Assembly: GCA_048060695.1 (NCBI GenBank)
Contig: JBGMQT010000001.1
Span: forward strand, 29,545 to 93,544
DNA length: 64,000 nucleotides
Reading direction: 5' to 3'
DNA from: Acidiferrobacterales bacterium
GTDB lineage: Bacteria; Pseudomonadota; Gammaproteobacteria; Acidiferrobacterales; JAJDNE01
In this document: in pieces, positions 42,758 through 51,222 of the stretch
Numbering within the stretch: the stretch's first letter is position 1
How the letters are laid out: each line of letters starts with the position of its first letter
Made by a program: the position numbers and the translations under genes
Notes under the pieces: model-generated
What the model was told of the DNA's origin: nothing
The model's database searches: none
Seen by the model: the letters and a program-made list of their open reading frames with translations, nothing else

Positions 42758-43201
42758 TTAAACGCGAATACGAAGAGTGACTAAATAGGTATTTTTGCCT
42801 GCAAGCCATGGCGTGGGATTCGACCCGATCGCAGCAATCACAGGTCTCGTCGAGGGTGGTGTCCCGGGTATCATCGGTAACGAAGCGTGACTAGAATCCG
42901 GCTGCGGAATATCAGACCGGTCGAGGATGGCCTTCGCTACCATGGCCGAAGTGGCACTTTCTGCTGTCGGGGTGGATACGACAATCTGACAGCAATCACC
43001 CTGCGCGACAGAGGCATTGCTTTCGCAGCCGCCGCCGGAGCTACAGCCCTTTTCCATCTGTGTGTCGCAACAGCAGATCGCTTGTACCTTCCCTTCCATG
43101 AGATTGCAGGCGAACGCGGTCTGAACCTGCAGAAACAGGGCAATCAGCAGCAAGGCATATCCAGTTAAACGGCGTGTTTTGTGTCGTCTGAGAAACTGCA
43201 T
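42758..43201 (-). CDS. Cys-rich secreted/lipo-protein of unknown function
   Basis: 147 aa. A signal peptide ends in 'AFA|C', followed by 8 Cys within 40 residues (CNLMEGKVQAICCCDTQMEKGCSSGGGCESNASVAQGDCC) and a Pro/Ser-rich tail. Confidence 0.6.
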   Translation of the reverse strand: MQFLRRHKTRRLTGYALLLIALFLQVQTAFACNLMEGKVQAICCCDTQMEKGCSSGGGCESNASVAQGDCCQIVVSTPTAESATSAMVAKAILDRSDIPQPDSSHASLPMIPGTPPSTRPVIAAIGSNPTPWLAGKNTYLVTLRIRV

Positions 43202-43298
43202 GGATAAGGGATTAAGACTTTATGTATGTACGGGCATGAGATCGCGGCAGTTTACAATAGTTCAGTTTGAAACGCGGAATCCCCCTCGCGGGCTGTGG

Positions 43299-43730
43299 TT
43301 ATCTACTGCCTTTCTTATTGCCTTCCCGGTTATTGATGTTTTCGATTATCGGGCAACCATCCTCGGCACCGCGACAAAGATTCAGCAACAATTGCAATTC
43401 GTCGCGCAGCGTGCTCAGTTCGTCGACGTTTGTTTCGATTTCTACCAGTTTGTTCGCTGTTAACTGCCGTACTTCGTTTTGCGCCTTCTGCGGATTATCT
43501 CGCATTTTCAATAACTCGCCGATCTCCGCTAAACTAAAATTCATTCGTTGTGCACGTTTGATGAACTTGATTCGAGACAGGTCTTTTTCCTGATAAAAGC
43601 GTATGCCCGAGTCAGAGCGCGCTACCCCGAGTAACAGTCCAATCTTTTCATAATAACGCAGGGTATCAGTACTAATATCCAGCTCGTGTGCAACATCTCC
43701 AATGCGGTACTCATTCATAATGGATAGCAT
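43299..43730 (-). CDS. MerR-family metal-responsive regulator, CueR-like
   Basis: wHTH 'YRIGDVAHELDISTDTLRYYEKIGLL'. Only two Cys are present, both in the C-terminal loop 'CRGAEDGCPIIENI'. The likely start is the second Met (43718, MNEYRIGD). Confidence 0.8.
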   Translation of the reverse strand: MLSIMNEYRIGDVAHELDISTDTLRYYEKIGLLLGVARSDSGIRFYQEKDLSRIKFIKRAQRMNFSLAEIGELLKMRDNPQKAQNEVRQLTANKLVEIETNVDELSTLRDELQLLLNLCRGAEDGCPIIENINNREGNKKGSR

Positions 43731-43780
43731 ACCTCATATTGGTTCTCGCATTATGGTTTCGACCATAGATTCAGTTCGGT

Positions 43781-45085
43781 CTAGTATTCGATGAAAAAGA
43801 AATACTCATTTATCAAATAAAGGCCGGTGCCAACCAGTGTTATTCCGGCAATGACTTCCAGTGTTTTCTGGTGACGCGAAAACATGCTCAGGGAGTCGAG
43901 CCAACCCATGCTCCATGCGCCCAATATAATAGGTATACTGCGCCCGGCCGCGAAGGCGAGCAACAGGGCTAGACCGAAGGGTACGGAGCCGATGGCCGCG
44001 CTAGCGGTCAGTGTTACCAGCAACGCCGGCGTACAGAAGGGACAGACGGCGACTGAAAAAGGAATGCCCAGCAGGAATGCACCCCACAAGCCGGTTGCTC
44101 GACGCCCTCTTAACCCAAACCAGGGCAAACGAACGTTCAACAGGCCCGACCACATCAGCCCCATGACAATAAGCAGTGGCCCCAGAAAAAGCCCCCACTC
44201 TCTTCCCATGACACCTTGAACCCATTCACCACCCAACGCCGCAATCACCCCTAGCGCGGCATGGGTCACCAGCATTCCCGTCACGAAGGCACTGCCCATC
44301 AACAAGGCACGCCGTTCCTCGTGGGCTTTGGTCACATAAGCCAGCATCATGGGAATAGAAGCAAAAGAGACCGGATTGAAACTGAACAGGAAACCGGCAA
44401 GAAAGGCGATACCAATGCCAGCCCAACTCGCCTGTGCCAGCGCAATTTTCAGTGTTTCGGTATTGATATTGAGTGACGGAACCAGCAAATACAGAGCGCC
44501 ACCGAGAAGCAATACTGCCGTTACATAGGGGCTTACCTTGGCCGCACGGTTCAGTAATTCGCGGGCGTCGTCGTGAACACCGGTTAATGCGGCGATCGCG
44601 GTTGGTAGAGTGAACAGACTAGCGAATAATAATCCTGCCAGTGCAGCCGAACCTGGCGAGCCAACTGCTATCACAATGCCAGCAACAACTACAATAAGTG
44701 GCAATGTACAGGCTGGAAGTGTGAGCCCCAGCCGAACCGCGAATGGCAAGCGGTCACCGCCTGGCATCAGTCGAAAGAACTCCAGATGCGGCACGGGTAA
44801 ATAGGTGAATCGGGAGACAACGTAAACCACGGCTAGCGCGATCAGGATTGCACTGGAAAGATAAATACTCCATGCGAGTGCATCCGTTATGGAAACAGCA
44901 ATCACGAATAAGGTAACCAGCAGAACGCTGCGGGCCAGCCAAACCGTCAACAGACTTTGGTAGCACCCGCTGCGGGTCATCCGGTGCGCACGTACAGAAA
45001 ACAGGGTGTTGGTGGCAATGGTGCAAGGTTCAAAGAAGGCCAGTAATCCAAGTACCGAAGCCGTTACCAGCAACATGGTTGTCAC
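43781..45085 (-). CDS. Fused tandem CcdA/DsbD-type thiol-disulfide transporter-like membrane protein
   Basis: 434 aa with about 12 TM. The first half has 'FEPCTIA' and 'LPACTLP'. The second half has 'FNPVSFA' (Cys lost) and 'VCPFCTPA'. GTGA overlap with the upstream gene. Confidence 0.65.
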   Translation of the reverse strand: MTTMLLVTASVLGLLAFFEPCTIATNTLFSVRAHRMTRSGCYQSLLTVWLARSVLLVTLFVIAVSITDALAWSIYLSSAILIALAVVYVVSRFTYLPVPHLEFFRLMPGGDRLPFAVRLGLTLPACTLPLIVVVAGIVIAVGSPGSAALAGLLFASLFTLPTAIAALTGVHDDARELLNRAAKVSPYVTAVLLLGGALYLLVPSLNINTETLKIALAQASWAGIGIAFLAGFLFSFNPVSFASIPMMLAYVTKAHEERRALLMGSAFVTGMLVTHAALGVIAALGGEWVQGVMGREWGLFLGPLLIVMGLMWSGLLNVRLPWFGLRGRRATGLWGAFLLGIPFSVAVCPFCTPALLVTLTASAAIGSVPFGLALLLAFAAGRSIPIILGAWSMGWLDSLSMFSRHQKTLEVIAGITLVGTGLYLINEYFFFIEY

Positions 45086-45366
45086 GGCCGATCTCTTTTG
45101 TAACTTTCTTTGAGCCGGGATTCCAGTTCTGCGCGCAATTTTCTTTGTGAAGGCAGGCCGGTAAATACCAATTCGCCGTCAATGGCGATTGCCGGTGCAG
45201 ACATCACACCGAGGGAAACCGCATAGTCAATCTCATCCAGAATGTTCACTTCACGCCAGCGAATCGCGTCTTCGCCAATCTCCCGAGACAGTTTGCGCAA
45301 TTCGTCTTTCGCCCGCCCGCACTTGGCGCACCCGGGGGAAGCAAAAACCTCGATACTGAGCGCCAC
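45082..45366 (-). CDS. Small thioredoxin-fold protein (Thioredoxin_3 / redox-active disulfide protein 2-like)
   Basis: CxxC in 'FASPGCAKCGRAK'. Start set to GTG 45366, which has GGAGG 6 nt upstream. The longer ORF to 45480 would overlap the upstream gene by 100 nt. Confidence 0.65.
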   Translation of the reverse strand: MALSIEVFASPGCAKCGRAKDELRKLSREIGEDAIRWREVNILDEIDYAVSLGVMSAPAIAIDGELVFTGLPSQRKLRAELESRLKESYKRDRP

Positions 45367-45380
45367 GTTTCGTCCTCCGA

Positions 45381-45773
45381 TCAAAGATCCAGCGCGATAC
45401 GCAAGGGCAAGGCAAGAAATGCTGCGAAAAATCCAATGCCCCATAACGCGACCGAAGACCAGTAGATACGCTGATTCCATTTCTGGGCGCGTTCACACAG
45501 GGCTGCCAGTTGCGGGTCAACGGGACAACTGCGGCCTGGCCGGAACATGAACCAGGCAGTAACAGCCAGCATTAACCCCGAGAACGCAAACACCCACACT
45601 TTGTATTTACTCAGCACAATGAGGAAGGGTAATGCACTGGTCATCGCCGCCACTGTCGCACCGAGACCAAAGGTGACCAGCGCGATGGGTATGGCGCAGC
45701 ACACCAGGGTGGTGGTGGTGGTAAAAAGTGTGAACCATGTTGCACTGCTTTCGTTAATTCGTGAATTCTGCAT
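45381..45773 (-). CDS. MerT-like three-TM cysteine-pair membrane protein (putative metal importer)
   Basis: 130 aa. It has a vicinal 'CC' in TM1 ('TLVCCAIPIALVTFGLG') and a C-x9-C ('CPVDPQLAALC') between TM2 and TM3. That is the same layout as MerT. Confidence 0.5.
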   Translation of the reverse strand: MQNSRINESSATWFTLFTTTTTLVCCAIPIALVTFGLGATVAAMTSALPFLIVLSKYKVWVFAFSGLMLAVTAWFMFRPGRSCPVDPQLAALCERAQKWNQRIYWSSVALWGIGFFAAFLALPLRIALDL

Positions 45774-45782
45774 AGTCTTTGC

Positions 45783-46073
45783 CTACTTCGGTGTCGCTTC
45801 CATACTACGATAGGTAAATCCGGCGTCCTTGAACAGCTTCTTCAGTTGCGGTTCAGAGAATTTTATACCCTCGGCAACGTCAACATGTACCAGTCCCTTG
45901 TCAAGATTCACATCGATTTTCTTTACACCGTCAATTTTCTTGAATTTCTTTTCGACACCATAGGCGCAGAAAGGGCAAACCAGTCCGTCAACACGTATCT
46001 TATAGTGCGTGCCGGCCGCGAATGCGGTCAAGGGCATGACGCTTATCATTATCAACAGTAAAAGTTGTTTCAT
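45783..46073 (-). CDS. Periplasmic heavy-metal-associated (HMA) domain protein with CPFC motif
   Basis: 96 aa. Signal peptide 'MKQLLLLIMISVMPLTAFA', then 'IRVDGLVCPFCAYGVEKKFKKIDGV', which has the HMA beta-alpha-beta pattern. Confidence 0.7.
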   Translation of the reverse strand: MKQLLLLIMISVMPLTAFAAGTHYKIRVDGLVCPFCAYGVEKKFKKIDGVKKIDVNLDKGLVHVDVAEGIKFSEPQLKKLFKDAGFTYRSMEATPK

Positions 46074-46118
46074 TACATTGTCTCCTTGGAAAGAGTATTT
46101 AGCTAAAAATATTTGGTG

Positions 46119-46943
46119 CTACAAGTGCCACTCGAGAGTGGTCTTGGTGCGATAGTCGCTTCTTGCCTGGGTACCATTGAGCGCACTGTATACCGGAATC
46201 TGTATACCAGCCTTGACAGCAAAATTTCGTTTGGTCCAGAAAATGCCAGGGGACACAAACCACTCGGTCCCCCCGGTATTGGCGATCGACGTGCCGTTAT
46301 TGTCTGCCTGCTGCCCAAACTCACCATTGAGTTCGAGCAACCAGACTGTATCGGGTTGCAGGTAGCTAGTGAGCCGGGTGCGAATACCGCCGACGAAATC
46401 AATTAATACTTTGTCGCCACGCTTCAACCCCGCGTTATTGCGACCGTTCTGTCGGTAGCGCAGGCTGGCCCAGCGATACCATTTTCGACTTTCGTAGCCA
46501 TAGGCTAGTCCCGCTATCACATCGGTGGCACCGGAACCCAATGGCGGTGTGGTAGAAGTACTGGCGGTGGGTGCTTTCACTTTCAGCATCACCGCCGCGG
46601 ATTCTTGCAGCCCCAGAGTGTCCCGGCGCCAGAAACGGTATTTGGTGAATGCCGACACATCGGCTAATCCGGAGGCGCTTGTACCGGTATCGGTTTTGTA
46701 GGTATAAGGTAAATCCACCCCCGCGGCCCAATCACCGGTGATACCGTAGGTGAGTTCGAGACCGAGCCCCGTTGTTTCCTGACTGCCCCGTTTTTCGGTA
46801 TGCAACTCAGGCGATATCTCGATACCACCCTTATAGAGTACGTGGGGGCCGATGCCGAATATCGGGTCATGGGCCTGGGCATTAGCGGCAAACAGGCCAC
46901 CGAGCAGGGCTACGACGGCAATCGTGGTTTTTTGGCTAGACAT
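46119..46943 (-). CDS. Putative outer-membrane beta-barrel protein
   Basis: Start trimmed to ATG 46943 with a GAGGA SD. Signal peptide 'MSSQKTTIAVVALLGGLFAANAQA', followed by an alternating, aromatic- and Gly-rich sequence. The family is not recognised with certainty. Confidence 0.5.
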   Translation of the reverse strand: MSSQKTTIAVVALLGGLFAANAQAHDPIFGIGPHVLYKGGIEISPELHTEKRGSQETTGLGLELTYGITGDWAAGVDLPYTYKTDTGTSASGLADVSAFTKYRFWRRDTLGLQESAAVMLKVKAPTASTSTTPPLGSGATDVIAGLAYGYESRKWYRWASLRYRQNGRNNAGLKRGDKVLIDFVGGIRTRLTSYLQPDTVWLLELNGEFGQQADNNGTSIANTGGTEWFVSPGIFWTKRNFAVKAGIQIPVYSALNGTQARSDYRTKTTLEWHL

Positions 46944-46983
46944 CTTTTTCCTCGTTAATTTTCCGTTCTGTGGTGTGAGACAA

Positions 46984-46999
46984 GCTGGAGTCCACTCCA
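46984..46999 (-). promoter_or_regulatory. Second copy of the MerR-family operator dyad (in the 5' leader of the OM-barrel operon)
   Basis: 'GCTGGAGTCCACTCCA' is identical to the copy at 47045-47060. It contains the TGGAGT-CC-ACTCCA dyad. Confidence 0.5.
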
Positions 47000-47035
47000 A
47001 GTTCCCCGAATTTACAAAATATTTTCACTAAATGG

Positions 47036-47066
47036 AGACTACATGCTGGAGTCCACTCCAGGTCAA
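47036..47066 (-). promoter_or_regulatory. MerR-family-type promoter/operator with 19-bp spacer
   Basis: The minus strand reads TTGACC-TGGAGTGGACTCCAGCATG-TAGTCT. The 19-nt spacer is centred on the dyad CTGGAGT-N2-ACTCCAG. Confidence 0.65.
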
Positions 47067-47100
47067 GGGATTATTCAGTCCCGAAAATTTCTGCTATATA

Positions 47101-47116
47101 CCGTACTTAACTACGG
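47101..47116 (+). promoter_or_regulatory. mer-operator-like dyad upstream of merR
   Basis: 'CCGTACTTAACTACGG' (CCGTA-N6-TACGG) lies 35 nt upstream of the merR ATG. It shares the half-sites of the PmerT operator. Confidence 0.45.
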
Positions 47117-47150
47117 ACTAGAAATTAAAAAATGCCGCAAATACAGCAAA

Positions 47151-47555
47151 ATGGGTAACAGAAAATTGACGATTGGCCATTTGGCCCGGGAAGCCGGGGT
47201 TAATGTCGAAACAGTACGTTATTACCAGCGCATGGCCTTGATACAGGAACCGCGGAAACCGCTTGAGGGCTATCGCCATTATCCGCTCGAGGCAATTGAT
47301 CGCCTGAAATTCATCAAACGCGCCCAGCAGCTTGGTTTTAGTCTGAAAGAGATTGCCGAACTTCTGGAGTTGGGAGATGGTAACTGCAAGGACGTACGCA
47401 CGCGCGCGGAGGAAAAACGAGCGCAAATCGACCAGCAGATCAGGGACCTTAAGAACTTGCGAAAAACTCTGGATACACTGATCCAAACCTGCCAAACAGA
47501 CAAAAACCCGGCGCACTGCCCCATTGTCGAAAACCTGTCTGGCAAGCAATCCTGA
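47151..47555 (+). CDS. merR: Hg(II)-responsive transcriptional regulator MerR
   Basis: Start trimmed to ATG 47151. wHTH 'LTIGHLAREAGVNVETVRYYQR' plus the three-Cys signature: 'GNCKD' and C-x8-C 'CQTDKNPAHCPIVENL'. Confidence 0.9.
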   Translation: MGNRKLTIGHLAREAGVNVETVRYYQRMALIQEPRKPLEGYRHYPLEAIDRLKFIKRAQQLGFSLKEIAELLELGDGNCKDVRTRAEEKRAQIDQQIRDLKNLRKTLDTLIQTCQTDKNPAHCPIVENLSGKQS

Positions 47556-47621
47556 GGCTATCCCTTTTTAGCTGATTGTGGGCCCACCCCGGGATGCACC
47601 CACGAAACGGAACAGGGAGAC

Positions 47622-47653
47622 TTGACTCCGTACTTTAGTACGGGGTTTATGCT
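47622..47653 (+). promoter_or_regulatory. PmerT promoter with mer operator
   Basis: TTGACT-CCGTACTTTAGTACGG-GGT-TTATGCT. The dyad CCGTAC-N4-GTACGG sits in a 19-20-nt spacer, nearly identical in layout to the Tn501/Tn21 merOP. Confidence 0.8.
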
Positions 47654-47688
47654 GGCAACAATTTGAGAGAACCAAAGGACATATAAAT

Positions 47689-47784
47689 ATGTCAGAGGCG
47701 GTATCAACAACCACTGCAAGAACAGAGGATATAGATATGTCAGAGGCGATATCAGCCACCACCACAAAAACCGAAAGCCGTTCC
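47689..47784 (+). repeat. 48-bp tandem duplication of the merT translation-initiation region
   Basis: Unit 1 (47689-47736, MSEAVSTTTARTEDID) and unit 2 (47737-47784, MSEAISATTTKTESRS). Each is preceded by an AGGA-N-ATA-N-AT ATG context. Confidence 0.7.
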
Positions 47785-48108
47785 ATGATCGCAGCGGCAC
47801 TTGCCGCCATCGGTGCTTCCCTGTGTTGTGTTGCCCCCATTGTGTTACTGGCCCTGGGTATCGGTGGTGCCTGGGTCAGTTCCCTGACAGCACTGACTCC
47901 CTATCGATGGATTTTTGTCACCATTACGCTGGGGTTTCTGGGTTGGTCGTTCTATCAGCTCTACATCGCTCCGCGTAAATGCGCCCCCGGTGATGTCTGC
48001 GCCATTCCCGCAACACGTCGCAATCAACGCATTATTTTCTGGGTGGTGACGGTTGTGCTGGCCGCCTTGCTGACCTTCCCATACTACGGAATCTATTTTT
48101 TTGAATAG
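47689..48108 (+). CDS. merT: Mercuric ion transport protein MerT
   Basis: 'GASLCCVAPIVLLALGIGGAW', loop 'CAPGDVCA', and 3 TM. There is an alternative in-frame start at 47737. Confidence 0.9.
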   Translation: MSEAVSTTTARTEDIDMSEAISATTTKTESRSMIAAALAAIGASLCCVAPIVLLALGIGGAWVSSLTALTPYRWIFVTITLGFLGWSFYQLYIAPRKCAPGDVCAIPATRRNQRIIFWVVTVVLAALLTFPYYGIYFFE

Positions 48109-48147
48109 ATGGATTCGTTTTTAAATTACCAATCAGGAGTTACCAGG

Positions 48148-48438
48148 ATGATAAAAGCAACATTAATTCCATTGCTGATGATTTTCGCTTTCATTGGTTC
48201 ACCTGTCATGCAAGCGGCCGAGGTCAAGACCGTCACCCTTGACGTGCAAAATATGACATGCAAGTTTTGCCCTATTACGGTCCGCAAGTCACTGGAGAAG
48301 GTTGATGGCGTGGTCAAGGCCAAAGCCAGCCTGGAGACCAAATCCGCTACCGTGACCTTCGATCCGGCCAAGACCAACGTCAAGGCCTTGATTAAGGCAA
48401 CCACCGATGCTGGTTACCCGTCAACACTGAAGAAATAG
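48148..48438 (+). CDS. merP: Periplasmic mercury-binding protein MerP
   Basis: Start trimmed to ATG 48148 with an AGGAG SD. Signal peptide followed by the HMA motif 'NMTCKFCPITVRKSLEKVDGV'. Confidence 0.9.
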   Translation: MIKATLIPLLMIFAFIGSPVMQAAEVKTVTLDVQNMTCKFCPITVRKSLEKVDGVVKAKASLETKSATVTFDPAKTNVKALIKATTDAGYPSTLKK

Positions 48439-48469
48439 ATCTAACGTTCTTGGAAATCATGGGGAAGTG

Positions 48470-50795
<2,326 letters not shown>

Positions 50796-50910
50796 CGTCG
50801 AGAAAGTCTTGCCACTGAGGGTGGTGGTGATATTAGCTTACTCCTCCGTGACCGGTTTTTTTGATTCTTCGTAAAAGAATCTACCCTGAATCGCAATATG
50901 AACACCATTC

Positions 50911-50942
50911 TGTGTGCGATAAAGACCGTTATCACGCACACA
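50911..50942 (+). terminator. Imperfect hairpin downstream of merA (possible terminator)
   Basis: 'tgtgtgcgataa'-agaccg-'ttatcacgcacaca' forms an 8+4-bp stem with a 2-nt bulge, followed by 'gtctttta'. Confidence 0.35.
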
Positions 50943-51222
50943 GTCTTTTAGCTGGATCGATACAATCTCAGCGCCAATCTTTACCGGACTCCCTGGTAAA
51001 TGTGTCATACATTGGCAAACGCTGTTTTCGGTGGGTTTGTTTTCTGTTATCGTACTGGTTAGCTAGCTGGCGGGTAGTGTGAATAACGGGTGGTTGAACG
51101 ATCCCGGGAGATATGCCGTGCCAATCAATGACCGGTATCGATATTGGCTCCCTACATGTGCCTTAGGCGCCGTTTCAGGTGTTTTAACTTATGGTGTTGG
51201 CCATCGTAAATGAGAGACCCAC

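Noticed and set aside
42672-42809. Upstream extension of the cusC-like ORF overlapping the Cys-rich gene
   Set aside because: The internal ATG at 42671 is followed immediately by a signal-peptide-like sequence. The extension has no such features and overlaps the neighbouring gene.
45367-45480. Longer form of the thioredoxin-like ORF (start 45480), whose hydrophobic N-terminus could act as a signal anchor
   Set aside because: It would overlap the upstream gene by 100 nt. GTG 45366 has a GGAGG SD at ideal spacing and gives a typical domain of about 94 aa. The longer, possibly periplasmic form cannot be fully excluded.
47043-47150. N-terminal extension of merR in the ORF track (start at 47043)
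   Set aside because: The extension covers the operator/promoter region. A canonical MerR of about 134 aa starts at ATG 47151, right before the wHTH.
50838-51008. 56-codon minus-strand ORF in the post-merA gap (MTHLPGSPVKIGAEIV...)
   Set aside because: It has no SD, no recognisable family, and contains the hairpin sequence. It is mentioned in a finding but not called as a feature.
50796-51222. Possible Tn21/Tn501-type transposon end or merD/merE remnants after merA
   Set aside because: I could not recognise the 38-bp Tn3-family terminal repeat, nor any reading frame resembling MerD (HTH) or MerE (CPC motif).
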